This document shows positions 1-13,715 of a DNA stretch of 64,000 nucleotides, one piece after another. The notes under the pieces are model-generated. The model did no database searches. It had not been told where the DNA came from and saw nothing but the letters and a program-made list of their open reading frames with translations. The position numbers and the translations under genes are program-made. The stretch's first letter is position 1. Every line of letters starts with the position of its first letter. The stretch comes from Rhizodiscina lignyota (taxonomy: Eukaryota), in assembly GCA_010015805.1 (NCBI GenBank), contig ML978130.1:682001-746000 (forward strand). Reading direction: 5' to 3'.

Positions 1-406
1 AAGACGAGGACAGCGTTATGTATTGCACTTGTACACAGGACTTTCAAAGGAGTGAGAATGTTGGAGACAAGTGCACAGAGGACGACGTCCATCTTTAGAG
101 CGGCCGCCGTTGAGATTACTTTCCGCGTGCTACCGTGAGCGCGCTCTCCTCGTGCTGCGTGCATCCGCCGCACTCCGAATTGCAAGGCTGAAAGCGCGTC
201 CGGGGTTAAACAAAAGAGCCGCAAAACCCTGGGGAAGTTTAATCTTTACTAGGATCGCAGATCTAATCTGATCTTGATAGTTCTCCGCATCTTTTTGCCA
301 TATTCATCTCGTCGCCATATCTTCCACTCCTCCTTCTATTCTGCCTCTCTTTTAAGACCATGACTCTAATTTCTTCTCGTTTCCAATTTCACAAACCCAG
401 GTAACA

Positions 407-1140
407 ATGGCAGAACACACAGCATTCTTCTACGGTAGTCCAATCCCTCAATCTACCTACCCCATCTCCACACCACGATCTAATTTCCACCACAGGCACC
501 CTCATGGCCCCGCAAGTCCTCTCTCGCGTCTGCCACGGCACCCACGCATCCACCCGCAATCCAGACATGGCTGTCCGCCCTGCAATCCTCCCCTCGTTCC
601 GCCGTCACAAGGTCCTCGACGCTGACTACCCCGGCATTATTCCAACCTCCACTCCCTCATCCGTCCGCGGCACCGTCGTAACTGGTCTTACTGACGGCGA
701 TATGTGGCGCCTGGACATCTTCGAGGGAGATGAGTACGAGCGGCGGCGCGTCAAGGCACGTATACTCACGACCGTGGGAGACGAGAGCGGGCAGGGCAAT
801 GTCGAGGGTGAGGAGGTAGAGTGCGAGACGTACGTATGGATTGCGGGGGAAGACAGGCTGGAGGATGGGGAGTGGGACTTTGCGGAGTTTGCGAGGGAGA
901 AGATGGGACGGTGGGTCGGGGTCGAGGGGGAGGGCGAGTACAAGGGTAGGGAATCTTATCGACGTTCGTGGATTTGATGGATGGGAGAGCATATGCTAAC
1001 TTGGTTGCGCAGAGGTTGATGAGGCAGTGAGGGAGGCGGGAAAGGATCCGACAGGAGGAAGAGGCTTCAATGGGCACATTGGACAGGCCGTGGAGGCGAG
1101 TAGAGGCCAGGTCAGTGAAGCGCTCACGAGCGCGGTATGA
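407..1140 (+). CDS. Gamma-glutamylcyclotransferase / AIG2-like protein (3 exons)
   Basis: Introns 435-495 and 946-1012 join MAEHTAFFYG-TLM (the GGCT FxYGTLM motif) to 'LDIFEGDEYERR' and 'YVW'. Stop TGA at 1138-1140. Confidence 0.88.
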
Positions 1141-1527
1141 GTGCGCTTCAGGGTAGATGGAAGAGTATTAGAAATCGCAAGAACCGCTCGGAGTTGATGA
1201 CCAGGAATAAGAGATATACAGAAGAGGAAAGGTTTCATGTTTTCGGAGGTATCGTTGATTTCTGCATAGATCGCTCACAGCCTCGTGCCCATCCCATCTA
1301 GACGTATAGAAGATCACGTACAGCAGGGAGAAAGAGAATGTCATCGAACATGATGATCAGAAGAAAGACCGTGGCAGAAAGTATCTACGAACTTCAGCAG
1401 CAAAACAGCATCTCCATAGCCATGGAGATATCGTCAAAGCAAATGCCTCCGCTATGCATGAATGTCAAAACATCCAGAAACGCCATCGCAATAGATGAGT
1501 CCGGTAGTGAAAAGGGAACAGAAATGA

Positions 1528-4500
1528 TCATGATTCCGACTCCTTCCTCTCCCTCATGCTTTGCTTCGAAGGAGAAAACCCTGTCAGTTTGTTTAAGAAT
1601 GGGAAACTCATGGTGTAGCCGTTGGGAACGCCCCCGGAAGAACCGTCGTCGACGTTCTGAAGGGCTTCGACCGACTCTTCCGTTTCCTGCGTTTCTGGAA
1701 TCTCTGCGTCCTCATCTCTAGATCGCTTCCTTGGTGTAGCTGATCGGCGAGGCGTGCGCCCGGTTTTGCGACGCCCCTCCGCTTCAGAGTCAAGTAATAT
1801 CTCGTTCGCTCCATCAGTTGGAAGTAAACTAACCTCTTCCTCCGGCTGGGATTCCACGACGATGACATCGCGCGCCTCAGGGCTAGCTTTCGTATCTTCC
1901 ACCACATCGGCGGACTTCCTCTCAGCCTTAGACACAATAGGTAGAGCATCTTGCAATGCTGCAGGCGATCGCGGCGGCTCTGCTTGCTCCGCCGGCTTAG
2001 CCTCTTCTCGATATTCCAGATTAAAGAAGGTGCGCCTCGGCCGTTCAGGCTCTTTACGTTCACTCGGAGACGATGGAACAGCTGGACGTGCAGATTCCTG
2101 CTCGTTCTGCTCTTCACGCTGTTGATGCTGTTGCGTGGCGGCATCTTTCTTCTTCGGGGTCTTCTTTTTCTTCTTGCTCCCGGCCCTCTCCTCGGCCTGC
2201 TCTTTGTACGTCTCCATGAGCAGATCGCGCATCGAGTTCCGCATCTTCCGCGGATTCATCTCTGGCCAGTCCTCCTCCTCGTCGAACTCCTGGCTAAGGA
2301 TTTTGGTGATAAAGGCCTTTGGGTCTTGGAGGAACTTCTCGATGTAGCCCAAAAGGAAAAGCCCACAATCACAGAAGTTCTTTTGCTGCGGGATTCCCCT
2401 GGCATTCATACCCTTGATTTCGTCAATTGTCAAGGAAAGGGAGCGCTTAGATGCACCTTCAGCGACGATGTACTCTTTGAGATTGCGCGTGGTCTTCTGG
2501 TGGCTAAGGCCTAGCGAGTCGAGGACGATGATAAACGGTGCGCTTGGATCGTATTTGCGAGGAGGTGGAGCGAGCTTGCGTTTCTTGTTCTTTTTAGTAA
2601 GTGGGGATGACGGTTTGGCGTTCTTGAACAAGCCCTGACTGCCGGCGAGATCTACGCGCTCCTCCGATTTAGTACTTACTTGATTTTCTGATTTCAGGCC
2701 GAAGGGTGAGACCGAGGCTTTTTGCTGATTCTCAGATGAAACTGGCCACTCAGAATCACTAGGTTCGTCGTCGTGCTGCGTCGCTTTGTCTGCTGTGATT
2801 GTGCCACTTGGCTTACCCAAGACGGAATCATCATCACCGTCTTCTGGTGTCGTCTGATTTTGCTGTCTACCTGTGTGTTTCTGCTTCGATGTGCCGCTTG
2901 AATGGGGTGCTTGCTCATTGGAAACAAGATCAGAGTTGGCTGCTGACACTAATTGCCTCGTGACATCCTCCATTACCCCATCCTCGGTTTCCATGTTCAC
3001 AGGTTCCGGCTTAGACGGTTCCGCCTCTTGCGTGTCGGCCTCTTCCGTGAGATCTACCTTACGGCGAAGATTAGGCAGATTGCAAATGATCGCCAGGTAC
3101 CAATGGGCACTTTCATTGACCGGCACGACGATGTACTCGTGATCAAAGATGTCGATTTTGGATGTCCATCGCTGCACTGCTGCATGATTGATCCCGCGAG
3201 TGCCAGAAGTAAGCTTCTCATAGAAGAAAGTGTTGAAGAAATGCACCAAGCCATCAGGGAGCCTTCCAGCTTTCATCGCATTCTCTCGTGACCAGCGAAT
3301 GTAGAAATCGATCAGATTGTCATTCAAGAATTCACCGTCGTCCAGGCGCGGTAAGTCCTCAAACATGACTGTCGCCCTATCTTTTCCAGTCATGGGAAAC
3401 GTAATGGGAAAGTCCCACTGGGGTCCAAGCCCATGCTCAACAGAATAGCGTTCCGCTTGCGATACAATGGGGTCGGCAGATGTGCTCTCGTCTCCCGCAA
3501 AGAAACGTGAGGTAGTTCTTGTCGATCGAGTGCTTCTGCGAAGGCTATCGATGGCTCTACTCTGGACCTTACCGTCTTCGCCGAAAGCAAAATCATCCTT
3601 TTCACGGTCTTCTTGCGGAATGTCATCCTGGAGCTTTGAGTTTTTGTCTTTTGGTGTTCGTCCGCTGCCTGTAAGCCTTGAGACGGCGGTTGGGTACTCC
3701 TGCGCCTCCAGCTGAGAAACCAGTGATGGCCGTTTGCCTCCCGTACGCTGCTCGCCCTGCTCAGATGTGTGCAGTTTATTCCGCCCATGATCAACTCTCT
3801 TCTCGATAAGCTGTTGTTCCGAGGGACTCTGCTCTTTAGTAGGAGGTGATGCTTCGGTCGGCCGCGGTGTTATCCCCTTTTCGAACAGTTTGTCCATATA
3901 TTCGCTATGTGTAGGCGTCGGATTACCTTCGACTGAAGCGGCAGGAAATTTACATACCTTCCCCTCTGCTGCACCCTCAGCCTATGCCTTTGCAGATGCT
4001 CAACAAAGTTCTTCAATTCGGGTGATGATTTGACGATGAGATCGACCATGTAAACGCCGAACTGGTCTTGTGCGCCCCGAATCCGCATCCTTCCCTCAAC
4101 GTCGTACAGGAAAGCATTGGCTTTGGCTATGTCGAGTACGGGCTCACCACCGACGTTATCTTTGATGAGTCCATTGACTATGAGCTCGTATGTCTTTTCC
4201 GTGACGCGGCGTAGATGGAGCTCGCCACGTTCCTCTCCGGAGCGAGATGCATAAAAGCTCAAATTCCACCCACTTTTCTGACGTTCGGTGCCTGACCTTG
4301 CGAACGGTATCGGTTTCCGAACCGCTCGAGAGTTAATAAATGTGGTCTTGGGGATGTCATTTGCGGTTCGTGCATTACTTCTTTCCCTTGGGATCCTGCC
4401 GGCCGCACCTCTTATCTGAAACTTGTTGTCGTCCGCATGCAACTCATCTGCATCATGAGATGGGTCGTCAAAATCAGCCTGTATTGAAAAAATGTCTTCA

Positions 4501-5803
4501 GAATCGTGATCGGTTTTCTTCCTGAATTTAGCAGCGACACTGTCAATTGACGGGATGCCATCCTTTTTTGATCTATTGATCAAAGTAGAATTTGGCGGAG
4601 TAGCTTTGTCACGCATTGCTGATCGTCCAGAGGTTGAATGGGCACCAACCACTTGCAGTTCATCGTCATCTATATTGATGTTGGCGTCTTCCTGCTCTTT
4701 CTGACGATCAGATTCTCGACTCCGAGACATAAGGAGCGGACCGGAACATCGCGGCGGTTGCTTCATGTCGCTGTATTCTAGTTGCTTGTACGAGGGAGGT
4801 GCACGGCGCTCTGCAGATGTCGATGTTCTGGAAGCGTGCTCTCTGGGGCTCTGTCTCGACCGCTCGAGGTCGTAGGCATACACTCCATTCCCATTCCCAT
4901 TTCTCGTTGGGATTTCGACACGGTCAAGCATGTTAGTTTGCCTGTAATTGTTCCGCTTTTTACGACGACGAGGGTCGACTGTCGCTTCGACACTTCGATA
5001 TTCTACAGGGTCCCCCCAGTCCCCGTATTGCGATTGATCATGACTCCTTTGGTGCGAAGGCCTGCGCGATTGTTGTTGTGAATGCGGCTGCGACTGCGAC
5101 AAGACGTGGACTTCGCGCTTCCGGTCAATGTCCAGCTCATCATCATCGCTATCGTCGAGATTGACGGGGATAGCATTCCTTGCGGGATGGACAGGATCTG
5201 GAGATGAGTGAGAGTGTTTCGCCCTCTTGGGAACTCTCTCATCAAATGAATCGTCGGGCCACCGCTCACGCCCTCGTGTGACGTTATCTCCTCTGGAAAG
5301 CCGAGTAGGTAACTGACCCTCTCGACCGTGTATTCCTCGTCCTCCGCGACCGGAGGCAAAGAGGCGCGCGCCATCGACGATGCTGTTTCCCCCGCCCAAC
5401 TTCAACACATCAGCCATTGTCCAGAATATCTCATCGAATTTAATACCTTGGGTCTATTGTACGCCATACTTGTCACCGGAGCGGCGTCGTCATCGAGTCT
5501 GCGAGCAGGAATTGGTGAGCTTATGTTGAGGTATGTCGCGTGATCGTGTGTAAAGGGAAAATCGTACGATATGATGGGAGCGCTTCTACTATCTCCTCCC
5601 ACTTCGGCCGAGAAATTCGGGTGGACGAGTGTTTCATGCTCGAACTAAAGAACTGAAGTGTCAGTAGTGATTAAAGAAAGGTGTTAATCGATACATACAC
5701 GACCTCTCACACGTGTCTCTTCCCCGCTGCGAATTGCTTCAGTAGAGCCTTGTCGGCGCTGCGAACCAGTGAGGAAGTCCCTAAGACCGCTGAAGAGTCG
5801 CAT
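1528..5803 (-). CDS. ulp2: Ulp2/SENP6-7-like SUMO protease (peptidase C48) with long disordered N-terminus
   Basis: C48 motifs FLNDNLIDFY, FFNTFFY, ESAHWYL (His), VLDSL (Asp) and QQKNFCDCGLF (Gln/Cys). ORFs 1528-3897 and 3870-5417 are joined by an intron at ~3905-3957. Further 5' exons were inferred from splice signals, so the start is uncertain (ATG 5803, alternatively 5467 or 5417). Confidence 0.88.
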
Positions 5804-6288
5804 GTGCAGCCGTTGAGGGAAGTGGAAACTCCATCGACATAAAGGGGTGCAGATGAGTTTTGAGCTTTGCGAGAAGGACGAAATGTGTGAATCTGGGAGT
5901 GTCTCACGAATGTGTGGGTCGCTACTTTTCGCGAGTGAGGTGGAGTGACGTTGAGCGGCGCTCGATGCCAAGGCCGTCCAAATACCTTTCAACAAAGCGG
6001 CCTTTGTGCTTGTGATTTGCGCAGGTAAAGTTTGAGTAGAATTAGCTGTCATGTAGACACCTTTTGGTTGATTTTAATTTGGTCATCTCACGCAAGGGCG
6101 TGAGCATAGACTCCAACAGCAATGCGGCTAGTTCTACATGTCGAAGTACTGAAGAAGAAGAGTCCAATCCACCAAAACATAACCCATTGCCCTTTGGTTC
6201 GAAAGAGACTTTTTTGATGCAGTCCCCATCAGAACCCCCAAACCCGCATAGAATACCGCTAATGCTCAAAAGAAACGCTGGAAAATCA

Positions 6289-7498
6289 TTAAGCACTAGA
6301 CTTCTCCCTCGCCGCAGGAGAATCCTCGCTGGACAGAGTGACGCGTCTTCTGTCACTGCCATGATGGACGCCTTTCTCTTGCCGAGCCTGATCGATAGCG
6401 CTGCGTTGCGCGATGCTGTCATCGTGGCTCTTCCAGATGATGCTGGTGTCAGGAGGGAGAGCGAGGACGCGCTTGATGGTTTCCCTGTTGCTATTACTAT
6501 CGTAAAATCATGAGCACGTAAATTTGAGGAGTACAAACCGAATCTTGATATTTCTGCCACCATCGTTCTTCGTCCATATGCTAAACACGTCCTCTCCACT
6601 CCTGACACTTAGAACCATGCCGCAGACTTCTTCACCGGCCTCTGCAAATTGATCGCCAATCATGGCCATCAGAAGGTCTTCCCAGTATCGGTCTGACACT
6701 CCCTTCTTGAGTCTCATGATCCATTTCCCACCTTTCTTGTTCTCATCGTCCTCCCACACGGGCCGAATACCATCCTTGAAGAAGTGGTAATCTGACACCG
6801 CTGGTAATGACGATGGCCTCTTCAGATGTGAAAAGACTCTCCAGAATTCCTGAGCTGTCCCCATCTTACACACGGCCTTTATAGACTTCTCATAGTCGGA
6901 GTTCTTTGACGTCGGGGGCCGGTACCAGATAACCCACGTATATTTCAACGGCCAGGGCGCATCTGAAGCTGACGACGGGGCGGTAGATGCCGTCCCGTCA
7001 TCGGCTGCGACCCTCTGATCACCAACAGTAATCGCGCTGTCCTTCTCTTCACTGAGTTTTTTGTCCCTCTTCTCGCCTGGAGTGGCTGGAGTTGCACTTG
7101 CCCCTGCTGCTTTACTGAAATCAAATGCTGTGCCAGGCGTCTTTGGTGTTTTGGTCGCAGATCCAAAAGAGGCGAACGCACCGCTACCCAGACCAAACGC
7201 AGATGATGCAGTAGAGTTTGGAGAGGTGACGCCGGAGGTAGTTAAGGGAGAAATCGCATTAAAAGGGTTCGAGCGTCCATGCGACGAGGTGTCGCCACCG
7301 AAGCGCTTAGAGGAGGAAAAGGAGCGCGATGAGAAGGAACTATCCCCTCTGCCATGTTCACGATCGGACATGGAGAGGGATAGCTTGCTGCTGCTGACAA
7401 TAGTGTTAGCACCCGAACAAAGAGTGGTTTCAGACGCTAATCGCGCGCCAAACATACTTGGAGCGACGAGTCCATAGGTTCTCCCTGTCCCTCTCCAT
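6289..7498 (-). CDS. Translation initiation factor eIF4E family, class II (4EHP/eIF4E2-like), 3 exons
   Basis: WPLKYTWVIWYRPP, DYHFFKDGIRPVWED, GGKW and YWEDLLMAMIGDQF. Exon 1 MERDRENLWTRRS, introns ~7394-7457 and ~6485-6538, last exon ETIKRVLALPPDTSIIWKSHDDS..., stop TAA at 6289-6291. Confidence 0.92.
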
Positions 7499-9295
7499 GA
7501 AACTGTGTCAGATGGAAAAGAATGTGGTCGCGGGACGAGCGCCGCAGGAGTGTAGGGAGCGGACGTCGAGACGGTGGTGTCTTGCGACTTTGGAGAAGGT
7601 GCGGAGAGTGGCGCGGCGCTGTAATGTGTCGATTGAAAGGCAATAGATGGGTCTGCTTGCTTCTGGAGTATTCGTTCGGTGATGCGAGCTTGTACGGGTC
7701 GATTTTGGGAGATTGAGGTGTTGTGCGGCCGAATCGAATGATTTCCTTGCGTTTGAGGTTGGACTTTGCTAAGGTTCTGATGAGTGCCTCCGCTCGCCTC
7801 TATGTGATTGGCCCGCGCGACTCTCCGAAAAACTGCCGGCATGCACTAAGAAAAAGCTGCATATCGGCGACTTCCCTTCTCTTTTCCTTCCTTCTCACAA
7901 TCAACGACCACGGACATCGTAAACGTCGCCAGCCCTTGCAATTGCACTGCCATGCTGTCGAACATGTCTCTCTGTGTGTCCAGAATACGCTCAACCCACT
8001 TATAAAACCGTCATCACGAGGACGCTTCGCGCAGATCCCAGGACCTGTTGACGACCTGAGAGCTGGGACATACTGACTTCACATGCTGGTAATTCAAGAA
8101 AGCGGGCATCATCTCTATTTCTGATTGAAAAGAGATCCGTTGCTGTCTTTGGTGAGCATACTCTTCGAAATTTTCTTACCAAACTGCCCTTCCATGATTA
8201 CGAAAAATTCCATCTGGTAATACGATTGAACCGCGAATTTTACACACTTGAGTCGGTGGTTCAATGTGAGATATATAGGCAAAGTCTGATCTTATTATAA
8301 AACTCCGCATTTCCGCACGAATAATGATTATGCATCCCAAGCTGACCGTGCAATAGGCTCAACGCGAATCTGGCATCGGCCCGCTCCGTGTCCATTCGGA
8401 ATCGAAAATCTTCAGCCCACCATCGGCCCTGTCGAGCCTGTACGACAGGGTGTTGTGACTATGCTGAATTCTTTTGTAGCCTTTAGTTCACAGGAAATGA
8501 GAATGTATTCTATTACCAAAGATATCCTCCGTTTCAGGAAAAAATCTTGACACAGGCACATGCAGGCACATGTCCACGTTTGCTGGAATGGGCTCGATTT
8601 CCCAGGAGTTGGGGCTGTTTCACGCTCACTCAGCAGAACAACAGGCAAAGGACAGCTACAAACTCTGTCTGTGTTTCCGGATCCGTGGGCAGTTCCACAT
8701 GCGTACCAAATGACATGCTTACAAGTGTCTATGCCGGCCGCCACAGCCAATGGCGAGCGGGATAGATATCAGAGTCCCCAACATGAGTGAATTGTAGCCC
8801 AGTCACAATGAATGAATGAGGAAAATTCGACCGTGCAAGTGATTGACAAGTTGCAACGATCCATACTCCATCCACTCTGCCGTGCAGACAGGGTCCAGAG
8901 TTGTGTGAAGGCGGTTGGCTTCGTCGTGTTCCTGCGCCTGCAGCCGGTGGTAAGCGACAACGTCATTTTCCCATAGCAACGTCCATCCCGGCGCGAAGGC
9001 AAATCGCTGCCCTGCCCCACTATTCAAACACATCGCAGCCTCCATCCCACTCCGGCAACCTACACAGCTCTGCTTCCAACTCGCCACGACTCAACCACTT
9101 TCGCATATCACCAAAACGACGAAGCGGAGTGGTTACGGCGCGTTGGATAATGCTCAATAAGCGGGCTGCTCTTCCGTGACAAGCGTCGGCGCGGCATTTC
9201 ATCGAAGCGAGCACTTCAACCGCAACCTCCCACCTCGCCCTGGAGCCTCACATCTGGCCTTACCACTACAACTTGCGAAGAACACGACAAACAAG

Positions 9296-10223
9296 ATGAC
9301 GCAGCTATCGCCCACGCATGTGCCGCATCCGAGCACAAATGCTCGTCCTAGAGGTGAGTCTGCTGACAGCAGCGCAATCTAGCTCGGCGCAGGGCTGAAG
9401 TCGGGCGTAATAGGCATCCTCAAGAACTCAAACTCCTTCCAAGGCGAGCACTCCTCTCCCGAGTCAGCGCTGCACCCGGTGGTCTCGGAGGAGAGGAGGC
9501 CCAGCATCACGCGCGAGATGTCCGAGAAGGAGATTGTGATGCAGAATACTATTCACAACGCTGGTGGTCATCGTCGCTCATCGTCAAACCCCCGTGGTCC
9601 GCCGTCGCGTCGCCAGTCTGGCACGTCTCTCTCGCAGCATCCTGACGAGAATAGCCCTCGCTTAAAGTGGGACGAGGCGAACCTCTATCTCACCGAGCAG
9701 CAGCGCGACAGCACCATGAAGATCACGGAACCCAAGACTCCCTACGCCAAGCAGTACGACCCGGCTGAGGACGAGCAGGAGATTGAGGCACTGAACGCAG
9801 AGGATTTGATGGTTGACGAACTTGATGAGAAGGAGGGCAAGAAGGCATCAAGGGAGGATGACATCCCAGGACTTGATATTGGCGAGCCTGAGGAGACTCT
9901 GCATCACTCCCTCACTCCGGAGAGCGAGAGGCGCGTCATTGTGGACCCAGATACTGCTGGGGACGAGGGCCGACACGGCGAAGATACGTCCGACATGACC
10001 GCGGATGAGCTTAAGAAGCACAAGGAGTTTGAGGAACACCGCAAGAAGCACTATGAGATGAAGAACATCAAAAACCTCCTGGGGTATGTGCGACCCTCTT
10101 CCGCTCACCCCAATCACATGCTGACAACTCCCCAGACACCCGGACGAGCTTGATCTCGATGAAGATGACGACGAGGGCCCTCCTCCCTTGCCCAACTCAA
10201 AGCTCAGTGTGAATGGACAGTAG
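9296..10223 (+). CDS. glc8: Protein phosphatase 1 inhibitor-2 (Glc8-like)
   Basis: Introns 9354-9413 and 10084-10135 give the inhibitor-2 motifs [23 protein letters not shown] and [11 protein letters not shown]. Confidence 0.92.
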
Positions 10224-11853
10224 CCCTCGTGATCACTTTCCTTGCTTTGACCAGGCGCAACGGGATGGGATAGCTGTGGCGTTTTGCCGAGGATACCATG
10301 ATGGCATGGCATGAGGTGGCATTTTTCAGCTCTTATCTACCTATCGTCAAATGATAGCGGAGAGCGAACAGGCTGATTACAGCGAAGCCTAAAAGGCGGG
10401 GGGTTACACTCTCAAGCAAGGTGGAGATTCTGCCATCTCGTCTTTATCAGATAGCAAATTGCATATCGCAACATTCTCGCGACGCCATACGCAAAGTGGC
10501 CAGCGACTGGCCAGCTGCAAAGCATCGTGCATCGCTATCGCCCACCCCGAGATCCCTTCGTGATATCTTACCCGGGCGTGTGGTTACTAACTGTGTGCTT
10601 AGCCTAGAAGCACCTAACGCCCGAGTTATCAAGCCGCATCCCCAGACTCCGCACTTTCGGCTCTGCACCTGCAGGACGCGACTCGCACATCCTGACATCC
10701 CATCCATTGCAGTCGCATGCCCGGGTACCCATGGGATTTGGAAAAATAATCGTCATTATCCCGTCATCGCACGTGCATTGCTGGTCATTAGGAGACGCCA
10801 TCAAGGCCAGTGACCTCGCCATCGAGGACACGCAGCGCATCCTCTGAGCGCTCGCCGGCGGCGCACCAGCGCGCGCCGTTCACTTGGTTACAGACGGCGA
10901 GTGGAGCCCGTCACTGCAGCAGCGGCAATGCGGCATCATGGCGCAAGGGTGTCTATACATCTGAGCCGTCAGAGTTTTTCTTCGGACGGCCACTGAGCGC
11001 GCGGTGTGTAATGGATATGGCGTTTTGGTGGAGCTTCGTTTATGCGCTCAACGCCAGCATTTCGCCAGGCCGGATCTTGCCATGGATGGCGGCATGGACA
11101 GGCTACTGGCAGCACACGGCATTGCGAGCTGGCCCGTATTGGCGCCTTTACCCGCGCTGCTCTCCGTCGAATTCGGCGTGTAGTTGAGAGGCAGTCCCAA
11201 GAATCAGAATCTTACATTCCCCCTTGCACGCCCCCGGTCCGGGCCTTTTGCATCAGGGGCCTGGCGAGAGGGTACCTCGATTCCACCTCGACCAATCTCT
11301 CGCGCACGGAGTTCACAGCGCGAAGGGAGGAATCGGAATGCCACACTCTCGATATATCCCATCCGGCAGTGTGTGCCAGCGGCGCTGGGGACGGGCAGGG
11401 TTGCGCGCTCTCCTTCCCCGCCTTTGGGCGGCGCTCTCTCTCCCTCTCACTGTCACCACCTGGGTATCGCTGATACGGCAACGTGGACGAGCTTGAGCAA
11501 GGCACATGAGGGCGTGCGTTCGTTTTCGAGGCCGAAGGCACGACCCTCTCCCAGCATCCAGCACTTCACAGATAGGTGTGCTACCAGCACTGGTCGCCGC
11601 TGTCCGCACGCCTTCCCCAGCTAACCTGAGAATTACCTAACGAAAACGTGGTTCTTCTGCCTCTGCCATGTCATACAACAAGCGCTCCGTCAGTCGTCAA
11701 ACGTCTTTCTCCGGCGCTGCCTAATGTATAAGGTGAGTTCGCCCTGGCATTCGGTCAGAGCATGTTGTTGGCCCCTATGCTACCGTCACCGCACTGCTGG
11801 ACGTCGAGACGCGACTGCTTTAATAGCCAGAGCCTCGCTCCGCTGAACTCGCC

Positions 11854-12107
11854 AGATAAGGCCGCGTTGTTTTTCTCAATCTGCTCTTAGTCACTTCCCT
11901 CCGAATCATCACACATATTTTCTCCATTGGCCCTCTCAATCGCCTGGACCGCAACTGCTGCCATTGACCATTCCGCCGCACACCGCTGCTGCTCGCTCCA
12001 CCGTTATCGGCTTCGAGCGCCCAGGTTCTCCAGCATTTGTGCCTTCCCCGGACAGCATCACACCACACACGCTTTGCGCACCGCGGAACGCGTAGATAAT
12101 CTGATAA
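11854..12107 (+). promoter_or_regulatory. Cluster of HGATAR (GATA factor/AreA-type) sites upstream of nmrA
   Basis: AGATAA 11854-11859, TTATCG 12004-12009 and a close pair AGATAA 12094-12099 / TGATAA 12102-12107. Confidence 0.4.
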
Positions 12108-12225
12108 CCCTGCGTGAACTTACCCTTCTCTCTCTCACCCCACATATTTCACTCCGGCGTCGCTCCAAAATTTCCCGGCACAGGATCGTTCGCGTCAAGC
12201 TGGCTCGTCTTCACCCTCCAAGTTC

Positions 12226-13282
12226 ATGACTGGTAAGACCGTCGCCTGTATAAACAGCTCAGGCCGGCAGGCGTCCAGCTTCATACGCGTTGCGTCTGCC
12301 ATTGGCTGGCATGTTCGCGCGCAGATGCGAGATCGGGTAGGCATCATAGCCGAAGAGGTATGTAGCCTACCCAACGTCGAGGTCATCGAGGGCTCTCTTG
12401 AAGACGAAAGTATTGTCAATACCCTCTTCAAGAATGTCCAGCTGGCCTTCATCAACACGACGCACTGGGGAGACGAGGTCGCAATCGGCTGCGCCCTGGC
12501 GAACGCGGCGAAGAAAGCTGGCGTCCAGCACTACATCTACAGCAGTATGCCGGACCACTCGCTGTTTGGAAGAGGCTGGAGGGCAATACCGCTCTGGTCG
12601 CGTAAAACTCTAGTGGAGAATCATATTCGTCATATTGGCCTGCCGGCGACTTTCATTTACTGTGGAATCTACAACAATAACTTTACGAGTCTCAACTATC
12701 CACTCTTTCGTATGGAGCTGAAAGATGATGGAAGTTTCGAGTGGCAGGCTCCGTTTGCGTCGAACGAACCTCTTCCGTGGCTGGATGCAGAGCACGACGT
12801 TGGCCCTGCGGTACTGCAAATCTTCATCGAGGGATACCGGAAGTGGGGAGGCAAAAGGTGAGCGCATATCAATCTGGCTCTGCACATGGTAGTAGTAATC
12901 TTTATACAGGATACCAATCGCCTTCGAATACCTCACCCCGAGACAGGTCTGCAAAGCCTTCAGTCGTGGCCTCTTGCGCCCAGTCAAATACATTCGTGGG
13001 CCCATCAAAATCGAGGTCCCCGTACCGGCCGGCTATAAAGAGAACCTTGAAGTGCTCGAAGAGACGCTCGGCAAGAAAGGCGCGCCGTACTTCGGCCCTG
13101 ACCTCGAAGATAATGCTACAAAGACGGCGCTTGAGCTCTGGGAAGGCTACCGCGGCATGGAGGAGTATGCGCGCGAGGTCTTCCCGTTGGAGGAGTCTGC
13201 CAATGGCTTGACGTGGATGAATGAGGACGAGACGCCGAAGAGAGAGGTTGAGCTTGATTTCGGCACCAAGGGAGCATTCTAG
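12226..13282 (+). CDS. nmrA: Nitrogen metabolite repression regulator NmrA
   Basis: KTVACINSSGRQASSFIRVA (NmrA NxxGRQA variant of the Rossmann motif), HYIYSSMPDH, LPWLDAEHDVGP and YAREVFPLEESANGLTWM. Intron 12858-12909. Confidence 0.95.
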
Positions 13283-13715
13283 GCGCATACAATGGGCATG
13301 GATCAGCATGGTGGGAACGGCACCGGGACCTGGCGCAACCAAAGGGCATGGCCAGGCATATAGCTGAAAAGTTAATTCTGAATTTCTTTGATTTCGTTTG
13401 TACGTCGACATTTCAGCATGGCGCTGGATTTCGGTCCTTCGAAGGATACATGGAATATCACTGGCCGCTTGGCATATGAACCATCGGAATGGAGTCTAAC
13501 GGACCTTGAATAGCATAATTCTTTAATGAATCAAAAGTATCATATTTAATTGCACTCATCTTTATGTGTGTCTTGTTTGAATATCATTCCAATATTGAAT
13601 TTAATATTTCATGTGAACATTGAACATTGAATTGAACATTGGTGCCGCTTAGTCATTCACAGAGCGCGACGACATCTCAAACGGCAAAAGTTGTTCGAGC
13701 TCTTCCTTGCCAACA

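Noticed and set aside
7499..7842. N-terminal extension of the 444-aa eIF4E ORF
   Set aside because: It reads through intron 1 and leader DNA. The spliced MERDRENLWTRRSNSSKL start at 7498 fits better.
13590..13642. Short TGAACAT repeats
   Set aside because: Imperfect AT-rich microrepeat with no spacer structure; not CRISPR-like or diagnostic.
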